Source of the DNA: a virus
Lineage: Duplodnaviria; Caudoviricetes
Virus record (IMG/VR): IMGVR_UViG_3300032123_000052
Location: 96,001-160,000 of that record
Reading direction: 5' to 3' (one strand)
DNA: 64,000 nt
Position 1 is the stretch's first letter. The number at the start of each line of letters is the position of its first letter. Shown here one piece after another: positions 9,833 to 20,800 of the stretch. The notes beneath the pieces were generated by a model that was given only the letters and a program-made list of their open reading frames with translations, had not been told where the DNA came from and searched no databases. A program made the translations under genes and the position numbers.

Positions 9833-10168
9833 ATGAAATTTATATCGAACAAAGGAAAAATGAAACAGGTTAAATACTCCTCTGGAATGTTGATGGGTAT
9901 TCCTAAGGGCTCTTCTTCATTACCTGATGATTCAGCTCTTGATAAATTAGTAGGTGTCAGTCCAGATCTTTCTTATATTTCAAAAGATGAGTTTTTTAAA
10001 CAAAAGAATATAATTACTACCGAAGAAAAGATCACAATTGCTAAGAAAGAACGGCCACCATTAGAGCCACCAACAAAGAAGGATAAAAAGAAAAAACCTG
10101 TAGAAAAACCAGCAAGCAAATCGGGGGAAAATACAGAGAAGAAAACCGCAGAACCGCAGGGTGAATAA
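9833..10168 (+). CDS. small basic virion-associated protein
   Basis: N-terminal ...IPKG domain; Lys/Pro-rich tail. Confidence 0.55.
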   Translation: MKFISNKGKMKQVKYSSGMLMGIPKGSSSLPDDSALDKLVGVSPDLSYISKDEFFKQKNIITTEEKITIAKKERPPLEPPTKKDKKKKPVEKPASKSGENTEKKTAEPQGE

Positions 10169-10647
10169 TGACTTTAGTAGAATATAATACAGCATTAAGG
10201 AATTTTATCAAAGACAAAGAATTGCTTAATAGGCTTCTTAAGTTTGTTATAGAAAATGAAGAAGAAGATCTTGATCTATATATTAATATGGCTCTTGGCT
10301 TTCTTCAATATATACCGCCGTTTCTTGGGAATCCTACTATTGAAGAATTTCCGATGCCAGCGTTGCTCATTCACCAGGCGACTATTGAGTGTTTAATATC
10401 AAATAGCATTGTCCAAGCGCGAAACGATCTCACTTACAACAACGGTGGCGTCACTGCAAAAGTTTCTGATGGTGAAAGATATCTACGGTTATTGCAGCAG
10501 TTATATAGAATGGCTGATTTGGAAATAGCTGCGTATAAACAGTTAAAAATCGCTCAAAATATAGCCGCTGGATATGGTGGAGTTTATTCACCATATTCAA
10601 CGATACACGGAACTCAACAAAGTTTATTACCGAATAGTATTTTTTAA
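10168..10647 (+). CDS. head-tail adaptor (SPP1 gp15/T4 gp13-like)
   Basis: 159 aa helical protein with LTYNNGGVTAKV segment; position after capsid gene. Confidence 0.65.
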   Translation: MTLVEYNTALRNFIKDKELLNRLLKFVIENEEEDLDLYINMALGFLQYIPPFLGNPTIEEFPMPALLIHQATIECLISNSIVQARNDLTYNNGGVTAKVSDGERYLRLLQQLYRMADLEIAAYKQLKIAQNIAAGYGGVYSPYSTIHGTQQSLLPNSIF

Positions 10648-10661
10648 ACAAAGGAGTCAGA

Positions 10662-11459
10662 ATGAAACCTTTGACTGATGAAGAGATTACTAAATTCGCT
10701 GGGGCAAGTTCAAAATTCAAAGAGCTTCTTCTTAAAGCAGCTGCTCAGAATGAGTCAACTGGATTTAACGAAGCCCCTCCTGTGAATGATGATGGAGAAG
10801 GAAATAATGGCGAATCGCCTAAGAAAAAAGAGGTTAAACCACCTGAACAAGCACCAGCACCACCTGTGGAAGCTGTTTCTCCGGAAGTCGCGCCTGCACC
10901 TGCCGTTGCTGGAAGCCCGGAAGAGGCTGGCGCTCGAGCAGCACAAGCTTTTATCGGGCCTGAAGTAATGGCTGCTGCCGCAAGTGGAGACCCTGGTGCC
11001 GCAGATGTTATAGCAAGAACTGCAGGCGCAATAGCTGCAGCGGTAACCGAGAAGGCATCTATGGCCATGGGTGGCGGGGCGCCGGCAGATGTTCCTCCTG
11101 AAGGAATACTGCCTGAAGGTGAATTGCCAGTTGAAGGCGCTCCTGCAGGAATTGCAGCAGTACCTGCCGGCCCTCCTGGAACAGCGGCACCTGGAACGGC
11201 GGTACCTGCACCAGCTCCAACTCCTGAAGGTGTAGTTGCTGATAGTATAATTCCGCCTCAGAATGCAACACCACCAACACCACCTCAGCCCCCAGCGGGC
11301 GGTATGCCACCGCAAGGTGACAGTAAAGCGCCAAATACAATGGTAGCTCCGCAACCTTCTGGGCAACCTGTTCCTGCAAATGGTGGCCAAGGAGACATGA
11401 CTTATGACGCCCAGACCGTAGCTAAGATGATTCAGTTGGCAAAGGCGGGAAAGATTTAA
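10662..11459 (+). CDS. Pro/Ala-rich, probably disordered head-associated protein
   Basis: Low-complexity composition; TKFAG and LKAAA near N-terminus; GGAG RBS. Confidence 0.55.
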   Translation: MKPLTDEEITKFAGASSKFKELLLKAAAQNESTGFNEAPPVNDDGEGNNGESPKKKEVKPPEQAPAPPVEAVSPEVAPAPAVAGSPEEAGARAAQAFIGPEVMAAAASGDPGAADVIARTAGAIAAAVTEKASMAMGGGAPADVPPEGILPEGELPVEGAPAGIAAVPAGPPGTAAPGTAVPAPAPTPEGVVADSIIPPQNATPPTPPQPPAGGMPPQGDSKAPNTMVAPQPSGQPVPANGGQGDMTYDAQTVAKMIQLAKAGKI

Positions 11460-11491
11460 TTGTTGGCGAAAATCAATTATTGCTATATAAT

Positions 11492-11524
11492 AAAGGGGTA
11501 GAAATCTTTTCTGCCCCCTTTTTC
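11492..11524 (+). terminator. intrinsic terminator
   Basis: AAAGGGGTAGAAA / TTTTCTGCCCC stem followed by T run. Confidence 0.65.
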
Positions 11525-11551
11525 ATAATTGGTTAATAATGTTTTTTTAAC

Positions 11552-11564
11552 TATATTATAAATA
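11552..11564 (+). promoter_or_regulatory. candidate late promoter TATATTATAAATA
   Basis: Identical 13-mer at 23183; contains T4-like TATAAATA; directly after a terminator and before a gene. Confidence 0.6.
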
Positions 11565-11587
11565 TAGCCTTAACTAAGGGATTTATT

Positions 11588-12160
11588 ATGTCGCAAAAGA
11601 TTACCAAAAACTTTTCATTCTATGAATTCAGACCAAAAGGAAAGCCAAAATCATGGTTGCCGACTAATGAATTTACCAAAATGTTAATAACAAACCTTAC
11701 TACGAACTTACAAGTAGTAAGATCAGTACTGCCCAAACGGTGCTGGATGCAAATCACTTCCGGCGTTCGTATGCCGGAAGATTACAAGAGATTGGTAAAG
11801 GTAGGATACAAACCATCTACGACGAGTGATCATAATTTTGGTAACTCCGTTCCTCTGAAAGTTAATTCGAGAAAATATAAAAAATACGGGCCTACATATA
11901 GTTTTTCAGTAGGCGCCGCCGACTGTGTATCACATAATCTGAATGTCCGCGATTTATTTAATATTGCGTGTGAATTAACAAAGGGTAATAAGTGTAGATT
12001 TGGACAAGTGATATATGAAGAGAATCCTAAAACAGGTGCTCAATGGGTGCATTTTGGTGCTGACCCAACTTATTATTTTTCAGAAAAGATTGTTCAATTT
12101 ATTGGACGATATCCTTTTCTGGTTAGCCTGGATGGTGGGAAAAGCTATCAAATCCCTTAA
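11588..12160 (+). CDS. peptidase M15-family endolysin
   Basis: ITKNFSFYEF start, ITSGVR, SDH...AAD and WVHFG zinc-ligand motifs. Confidence 0.75.
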   Translation: MSQKITKNFSFYEFRPKGKPKSWLPTNEFTKMLITNLTTNLQVVRSVLPKRCWMQITSGVRMPEDYKRLVKVGYKPSTTSDHNFGNSVPLKVNSRKYKKYGPTYSFSVGAADCVSHNLNVRDLFNIACELTKGNKCRFGQVIYEENPKTGAQWVHFGADPTYYFSEKIVQFIGRYPFLVSLDGGKSYQIP

Positions 12161-12169
12161 AGGGTAGAC

Positions 12170-13648
12170 ATGGAATTTGCATTTGTCGAGGTCATAAAGA
12201 CCAAAGAGAATTGGTTCTACATAGAATGGGATATGACCCCTGGGTCGGGCGAGTCTGTTGATGATTATAAATTCCAGATATGGTGGAGTTTTGATCCAGC
12301 GTCAGGTTATGTCGCCGTGTCCGATGAAACTGGCGATCCCATCGAAATAGACGGTGCCGTTGGCCCGCTGTCTTATACTCATGAGCATAATCAGTATAAC
12401 TTCAATAAAGACCGGTATTATCGTGTTCTTGCCATAGATAAATTTCCCCCACCAACTGGTGGGGCAATTGCTGTATTTGGACAAACAGAAGAACTTGACC
12501 CTCTCCTTATTACAACATTTGGATATCTAAACGCCGGCTCATCTGCCGATGGTTTCTTTTCAAATAAAGTCTGGATAGGGATGTACAAAGATGGCGTACA
12601 CGAAACAATAAAACACGCCGAAGACACTTTATACACCATGTATCATGGTGAGCCATGTATGGTCATCAAGCGTAAAAGTTTTGGTGCTCGGTGCCCGGTT
12701 TGCTGGTCGCAGGAACGTAGGCAGGTAACTAAATCTCATTGTGATACCTGCCACGGAACCGGTTTTGTTATCGGTTATTACCAACCAATCCTCATTCAGA
12801 TATCTTTCGATTCAGATCCCAGGAAAGCAGATGGCCAAAAAGAATGGGAGAACGTATATGATTCGAAACGCGCAAGATTGTGCAACTACCCTCTGTTAAG
12901 ACCAAAGGATTTAATCGTCAATATTGATGATTATAAACGATATGTCATCACGCATGTTGAAACAACGAAGATCCCAAGATTAAGTGAGAGTGCTATTGTT
13001 CTTTCAAAACAGAATTATATCCTCAGCCAGTTATTAACCATGGAAGAGCTTAATCCTGACGATAATGAATATTTTATTGATGTAGACAATATACCAGAGG
13101 TTCCACAAGCAGAAGAGGGCAACACCGGTAGCACACAGCCTTATTTTAATGACCATATGCCTGTTACGGTTAGCGCCCCATTGATTATAACGGATGGCCA
13201 GCAACATCTTGAGCTTGATATTAACACTGATGATTTTATAATTCAGGACGGTAAATTAAAACTTAAATACGGCGCTGGTACAATTGGTGTCGATTCATTT
13301 ATATCGGCTGAAATAATATCCACTCCACTAAAAGTATGTGCAATAAATGATGATGGCGAGGTAATAGTTGCTAATTATACAAACGTTAATCATCTTAACA
13401 GAGTGGTAGGAATTAGCCTGAATGTCGCAAGTGTAGGAACTGAAATATTTGTTCAAAAATTGGGAATTCTATCAAATATAGGCTGGAACTGGAACATCGG
13501 AGAAAGTATTTTCTTTGATGCAGCAGGAAACTTAACTCAGACACCACAAACAGAGGGCGTTGGCTTCTTTATGATAATAGCAAAACCATTATTAGAAACG
13601 TCAATCGATATATTGCTTAGAAGCCCGGTGATTAGGGCAATCCCATAG
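12170..13648 (+). CDS. neck/head-closure protein with FN3-like N-terminus and cement-like C-terminal domain
   Basis: CPVC...CDTCHGTG motif and RPKDLIV...RYVI segment; C-terminal VVGI...G.I.N.GWNW..G..IF domain. Confidence 0.6.
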   Translation: MEFAFVEVIKTKENWFYIEWDMTPGSGESVDDYKFQIWWSFDPASGYVAVSDETGDPIEIDGAVGPLSYTHEHNQYNFNKDRYYRVLAIDKFPPPTGGAIAVFGQTEELDPLLITTFGYLNAGSSADGFFSNKVWIGMYKDGVHETIKHAEDTLYTMYHGEPCMVIKRKSFGARCPVCWSQERRQVTKSHCDTCHGTGFVIGYYQPILIQISFDSDPRKADGQKEWENVYDSKRARLCNYPLLRPKDLIVNIDDYKRYVITHVETTKIPRLSESAIVLSKQNYILSQLLTMEELNPDDNEYFIDVDNIPEVPQAEEGNTGSTQPYFNDHMPVTVSAPLIITDGQQHLELDINTDDFIIQDGKLKLKYGAGTIGVDSFISAEIISTPLKVCAINDDGEVIVANYTNVNHLNRVVGISLNVASVGTEIFVQKLGILSNIGWNWNIGESIFFDAAGNLTQTPQTEGVGFFMIIAKPLLETSIDILLRSPVIRAIP

Positions 13649-13680
13649 AGAAATCGATTGATAATGGCAAGAAGTTATAA

Positions 13681-13833
13681 ATGGCTAGAAATAATTACAA
13701 TAATCATCCTGTATTAGATTTTGATGCTTAAACAGATGAAGCTATTTATTTAAGGAATATGGACTTTTCAAATTATGTTATACACACAGCAGAGTACAGC
13801 CACAATTGCCAGTGGAAATTCAAGCGTAGATAA
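13681..13833 (+). pseudogene. possible remnant of a virion protein gene
   Basis: MARNNYNNHPVLDFDA*TDEAIY with in-frame TAA at 13729; resembles an HPVLDFDAxTDE virion motif recalled from memory. Confidence 0.35.
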
Positions 13834-14860
13834 GACATTGGCTTCTAATATAACTGATTTGTCAAGAGCATTTCTTTTGATGTGGTCAACAGGTCCTAAT
13901 GATTCTAATTCTATTGCTACAGGATACCTGTGGAATGATGGCGGTACAACTAAAATAAAATTTGAACGATATGGTTCTACTCTTGATTGCAGTATTGGTT
14001 ATATGGTTGTTGAGTGTAGAAATCAAGAGTTTTCGGTACAAAGAGGAGTACAAGCATTTACTACTGCGGAAGTAACTAAAACATTAGATTTCGGTACTGC
14101 TGTAGATACTCAACGATCCCTTGTTATTGTTAACGGTAGAGGAAACATGTCTGCCGGCGATCTTAATTGCCATTGTGCTTATTTCACCGGGGAATTCACG
14201 AACGTAGTAGCTAACTCTACGGATGATATTATATTGACAAGAGGGGCATCTGCAAGTTTAACTGGTACTGCTAGATATGAAGTTGTCGAATGGTCTTCCG
14301 CATCTGGTGTTACTGTGCAAACTGGAGAAAAAGATTGTTCTGGAGATTTATCGTCTGGAGTTACTGATACAATAGACACAGCCGTAACACCTGCAAGAAC
14401 ATGGCTTTATACCACTTACCGACATGCAGTTACAGGTCTTGAACAGACCTCAATTAGAGACGTGTTGACAAACGGGACAACCATTACTTTTGATAGATAT
14501 GATGAAACGTCTTCTTATCAATCATATGGTAGGTGGTGGATTATAGAGTTTCCGGCAAATGGCGTTATAGTAGAGCACTTGACAGATGAAATTGCCAGTG
14601 CGGATGCTACAGAAGATACACCATGTACAGCAATCACCCTGGCAAACTCTTATATATGGGCTGGAAATAATGTTAACGGTACAGGCAATGCCATTCCCAG
14701 AGATAGATTGTATTGGCAATTCACCTCTACAACAAATACAAGAGCAACTCGCGTATATACTGGACAAGCCGCCCAATTAGCTGTACAGACTATAGATACT
14801 TCTGCATGGGATACATCTCCAACAGGTGGTAATCCTTGGTATGCTTATTCACAACAATAA
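13775..14860 (+). CDS. beta-rich virion surface protein with internal repeats
   Basis: Three similar units (SVQRG/TVQTG...DT..VDT.RS/RT...T.I.F.R...Y.VVE). Confidence 0.6.
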   Translation: MLYTQQSTATIASGNSSVDKTLASNITDLSRAFLLMWSTGPNDSNSIATGYLWNDGGTTKIKFERYGSTLDCSIGYMVVECRNQEFSVQRGVQAFTTAEVTKTLDFGTAVDTQRSLVIVNGRGNMSAGDLNCHCAYFTGEFTNVVANSTDDIILTRGASASLTGTARYEVVEWSSASGVTVQTGEKDCSGDLSSGVTDTIDTAVTPARTWLYTTYRHAVTGLEQTSIRDVLTNGTTITFDRYDETSSYQSYGRWWIIEFPANGVIVEHLTDEIASADATEDTPCTAITLANSYIWAGNNVNGTGNAIPRDRLYWQFTSTTNTRATRVYTGQAAQLAVQTIDTSAWDTSPTGGNPWYAYSQQ

Positions 14861-14878
14861 ATTAATAAGAGGTTTATT

Positions 14879-17800
14879 ATGCCAACAATTTGGATGGACG
14901 TAGATGCAGCATTAAGTGAAGTGCCAGTTAATATTCTTGCACTAATTGATGACACTGATTTCAAAACAAGAGAAGAGTCTGTCACTTATAATCAAGCCGG
15001 CATGGATCTTGTATGGAATTTTGTATCTACCGCAGGAGTTTTTACTCAAACTGCTGTTACTCCTACATCAGGTGGTGATTATGATTGGGTAAACCAAGGA
15101 AATGGCATATATACAATAGAAATACCTGCTTCTGGAGGTGCTTCAATAAACAATGATATTGAAGGATTTGGATGGTTTGTTGGATATGTAACTGGTATTT
15201 TACCATGGAGAGGACCAATAGTTGGATTTAGAGCTGCTGCACTAAACAACGCTTTGATTGATGGTGGCGATGTTCTTGATATCAATACTACACAATGGAA
15301 TGGTACAAATGTAGCTACTCCTACTGTAGCTGGTGTTCCTGAAGTTGATGTTACTCACATAGAAGGTGCTTCTCAATCAGCAACAGATCTTAAAGATTTT
15401 GCTGATGCTGGATATGATCCTGCTACTAATAAAGTTCAAGGTGTTGTTTTGGTAGATACTACTACAACCAATACTGATATGGTAGGAACTAATGGTGCCA
15501 ATACAACAATTCCTGACGTAGCCGGTATCGCAGCAACTCTTCATGGAATAACAGATGGTAAAATTGATGATGTACAAACAACTGTAGATGCAATAGAAAC
15601 AGACACTCAAGATCTTCAAACACAAATTGGCACTGCTGGTGTTGGCTTAACTGATTTAGGTGGAATGTCTACTGGAATGAAAGCAGAAGTTAATATAGAA
15701 GCCGACGCTGCCTTAACAGACTATGATCCTCCTACAAGAACTGAAGCTACTGCTGACAAAAATGAAATAATTGTAGAAGTTGATGCTAATGAAACTAAAA
15801 TAGATGCAATACAAACAACTGCTAATGCAATAGAGGTGGACACACAGGATATCCAGAATTCTATTGGTATTGTTGAAGATTTAGGCAATGGTACTACGTT
15901 AGCTAAAAACAATAGAGACATTGCAGGTGCCACATTTATTACAGGTACTGATTCAAATGAAGCAATAAGAGATAGAGGTGATACTGCATGGACCACAGGA
16001 GCTGGTGGTGACGCTACTGAAGCTAAACAAGATTCCATAATTGCCACAATCGGTACTGCTGGTGCTGGATTAAATGATTTAGGTGGAATGTCTACAGCAA
16101 TGAAAGCCGAAGTTAATATAGAGGCTGATGCCGCACTATCTGATTATGATCCTCCTACAAGAACTGAAGCTACTTCGGATAAAGATGAAATAATTGTAGA
16201 AATTGATGCTAATGAAACTAAAATAGATGCTGTACAAACTACTGTTGACAATATTGAAACTGATACACAAGATCTTCAAGGAAGATTACCAGCATCATTA
16301 ATTGCAGGTAGAATTGATGCTGATACGACTGCTATTAGTGGTGATGTAACTGCAGCAAACAATCTTGAATTAGACTATGATGGTACTGGTTATGCAAAAA
16401 CAAATTCAATAATTGGCACAACAACAACAAATACCGATATGGTAGGAACCAATGGTGCAAATACAACGGTTCCTGATATTGCTGGTACTGCTGCTACACT
16501 TCATGGGATAACTGATGGTAAAGTTGATGATGTACAAACTACTGTTGACAATATTGAAACAGACACGCAGGATCTTCAAAGTTCAATTGGTACTGTTGAA
16601 GATTTAGGAAATGGCACTACATTGGCTAAGAATAATAGAGATATTGCAGGCGCCACATTCGCAACTGGTACTGATTCAAATGAATCAATAAGAGATAGGG
16701 GAGACGCTGCATGGTTAACTGGCGGTGGTGGAGCAATATCTCAAATAATTAATCCTAATCAAGTTATTCCTATTTCTATAGACCTTGCAAACACATCAAC
16801 TGTTAGACTTGGATTTATGTTAATAAATGCTGTAGATGATCTTCCAAGCACAGCCGAAATAACTCCTGGAACAATAAGTATTGAAAGAAAAGCTATTGGT
16901 GGAGCTTCATGGAGTGCTATTATAACTGATGCTGCATGTAGTGAACAGGCCGGTATGGTTTATTATGATGAGGTTTTTGATACGGGGGCTGGATATGCAG
17001 AAGGTGATTCAATAAGAATAACCTTTAAATCCCAATCAGTTATAGCAGATGCAAATACATTTGAAATTACTGATAGTAATGGTGTAAGTTTTCAAACATA
17101 TATCAGAGAAACAATGAGAGGCACAAATAGTGCAAATACAACAGTCCCTGATATTGCTGGTACAGCAGCTACTTTACATGGAATTACTGATGGTAAAGTT
17201 GATACAGTTGATACTAAGGTTGATACTATTGACACTGTTGTCGATGCCATTAAAGTTGTTACTGATGTTCTTCCAAACGCAGGTGCGTTGACAGATATTG
17301 ATACTGGAATAAACAACATTGAGGCGAAACTTCCTACTAATTATATTATGGGATCCTCTATACAGGCTGATAAAGATGACGAAATCGACTCAATTAAAAC
17401 AACTGTTGAAGCACTGAACAATATCTCATCTGGTGATGTACAAACAGCTTGTGATACCGCGATTACCGCCAATACTGATATTGACAATATCGATTCTGGT
17501 GTTAATAATATTGAAGCTAAACTTCCTACCAATTATATCATGGGATCGTCTGTACAGACTGACAAAGATGACGAGATTGACGCAATCAAAGTAGTTACTG
17601 ATGTTCTTCCAAACTCAGGCGCACTCACTGATATTGATGCCGGTGTAAATAATATTGAAGCAAAACTTCCAAGCAAAACATATCTCACCGGAACTACAAA
17701 TGCTGATGGTGATGTTCAGCTTGATGAGGCAACTGGCGCATTGCCTGCTGGCGCATTCGCGAACCATCCAACTGTTGGTCTTAATGATGACGCTATCACT

Positions 17801-20800
17801 GCTTCAAAATTCGATGAAACTACTGCATATCCTATTGCCTCTGCTGATTCTGGTTCAACTGCCGTTGCAAGAGTTGGGGCTGATGGCGATACCCTTGAAA
17901 CTCTTTCTGATCAGATTGATGGCGTGCAGACAAGTGTTGACGGTATTCAGAATAATACGAAATTTGTTGCTACAGTTCCAACCAACATGCTGATACCTGA
18001 CTCCGGCGACACGATGTACAAAATTACTGCTCACTTTTATGATTCAGATGGCAATATGGAAGATCCTGACAACGACGAAATTAATATCCTTTATGAAGAT
18101 GTGTCAGGCGCTGATAAAGACGCATTTTTCGACGATGCAGGCGGGTCAACTGGCGCAACTGCTGGCGTAATAGATGTGAATATGTGGCAGATGGTAAGGG
18201 CCAGTACAGGTGTTTATGAGTCATATTATAAACTTCCTAATACCGAGACGCCGGAACAATGGACCGCTTCATTTAAGCTTGAGGAGGCGTCTTCGTTGCT
18301 TAATTATTCTCGCAGCACGAATGTTGTCGAAGAGGCCCCTGGCTCGACCACACTGGCTGACAATACGGTGAATAAAGATATTATCGCCGAAGCCCTGAAA
18401 GAACGTGATGTGTCTGGTGCTGGGGCGGTGTCTGGTTCTATTTACCAAGACATAAATGATAATATCGACACGAATGAAACTAAGATTGACACAATATACA
18501 CAGAAGTTGGTTTAATTAAAACTGCAACAGACGCACTGCCTAATGCTGGGGCCCTGACAGACATCGACACTGGCATTAATAACATTGAGGCGAAACTTCC
18601 AAGTAAATCATATATCGCAGGCACAGCCAATCCTGATGGTGATATCCAACTCGATGAAGCAACTGGTGCTCTTGTAGTTGGTGCTTATGCCAATCATCCT
18701 GATGTCGATTTAAACGCTAATCAAAGCGGTGTGACCGTAGGAACAGTTAATGCTCTTGGTACTCAAGCAAAAGCTGATGTACAAGCAGAATGTGATTCTG
18801 CGATTACAGCAAACACCGATATTAACAATATTGACACCGGCGTTAACAACATCGAAACCAAATTGCCATCAAAGTCATATCTCGCAGGAACGGCAAACTC
18901 AGATGGTGATGTTCAGCTTGATGAAGCAACTGGGGCATTGCCAGCCGGTGCATTTACAAATCATCCTGATGTTGATTTGAATGCTGATCAAAGTGCTATC
19001 ACAATTGGGATTGTAAATGCTCTTGGGGCACAAGCAAAATTAGACGTTAATGCCGAAGCCGATATAGCTCTATCAGATATCGGATTAGACCATTTGATTC
19101 AGGTTGCGGTGGCCGGAACTGACGTTACTGACAATTCGATTATAGCACAAATAGTATCAAAGTCGGCAACAGCTGATTGGGACACCTTTGATAATACAAC
19201 AGATGCACTTGAAGCAATTTCTGATTCTGGTGGCGGTGGACTTACAGCGCAGCAGGTTAGAGACGCTATGAAGCTTGCTCCTACGGTTGGAGCGCCAGAT
19301 GTTGGGTCGGTTGACAATCATTTAGATGATATTCAAGCTGTAACAGACAATCTTCCAAACAGCGGTTCTTTAACCGACATTGATACTGGTGTGAATAATA
19401 TCGAAGCGAAACTTCCAACTAATTATATTATGGGATCGTCTGTGCAGACAGACAAAGACGATGAAATCGATTCGATTAAATCAACTGTTGAAGGCTTAAA
19501 CGACCTGTCTGCAGCCCAAGTAAATGCTGAGGTTGACACTGCGTTATCAGATATCCGTCTTGACGAGCTTATGACATCCGCTATTGCAAGCCAGCCGGTT
19601 GCCGGATCAATATTTGCAGACCTGACTGAGGATGATGGTGGAACCCAGAGATTCAACGCCAACGCCCTTGAGCAGGCGCCAACCGGTGGAACCAATCCAA
19701 ATGTTCTGATTGATACAACAATCAACGTCGTTACAGATCAAACTCATTTTACACTTAACTCAGGATCAAACGATGATGATGCTTATAAAAACCAGGCATT
19801 TGTCGTATATGATGCGAGCGATAGTGACTCCCCGTCTATAAGAGTATGTGCTGGTTACGTTGGTTCTACAAGAACTGTAACTCTTGATTCCGCTCCAGAT
19901 TTTACAATCATAAGTGGCGATGGGGCCAAAGCTTTTGTAACCGCTCCTGGAACATCGGCACCAACTGTTGGTCAAATACGGACTGAGATGGATGACAATT
20001 CGACCAAGCTTATCGCTATTGACACTGGTGTTGATAACATTGAGCTAAAACTGCCAACCAATTATATCATGGGATCAAGCGCTCAAACTGATAAGGATGA
20101 TGAAATCGACGCAATTAAGGCGGTTACTGACTTGCTGCCGAACTCTGGGGCGCTTACTGATATTGATACCGGTATAAATGCTATTGAGGCGAAATTGCCT
20201 ACTGATTATATCATGGGATCATCTGTACAAACAGCCAAAGATGATGAAATCGATTCTATCAAATCTACCGTTGAAGGTTTGAATAACCTGTCTGCTGCTG
20301 AAGTAAATGCAGAAGTAGACACCGCACTGTCTGATATTGGATTGGACCACTTGGTGCAAGTTGCTGTCGCCGGAACAGATATCGTAGACAATTCGATTAT
20401 AGCACAAATTGTATCAAAGAGCGCTACTGCTGACTGGGATACATTTGATAATACGACAGACTCTCTTGAGGCTAATACTGATTCATTGTCTATGGTTGAT
20501 GGAAAAGTTGATACTATAGATACTGTAGTAGATGCGATTAAGGTTGTTGCTGACTTGCTTCCGAATGGTGGAGCGCTTACCGATATTGATACCGGTGTAA
20601 ATAACACAGAAGCGAAGCTACCAACAAATTATATCATGGGGTCTTCTGTGCAGTCTGGAAAAGACGATGAAATAGATTCTATCAAATCAACAGTTGAAGG
20701 TTTGAATGATTTGTCTTCAGTTAATGTGCAGGCTGCTTGTGACGCCGCAATAACGGCCAATACTGATATCAATGATATTGATACTGGTGTTAATAATATA

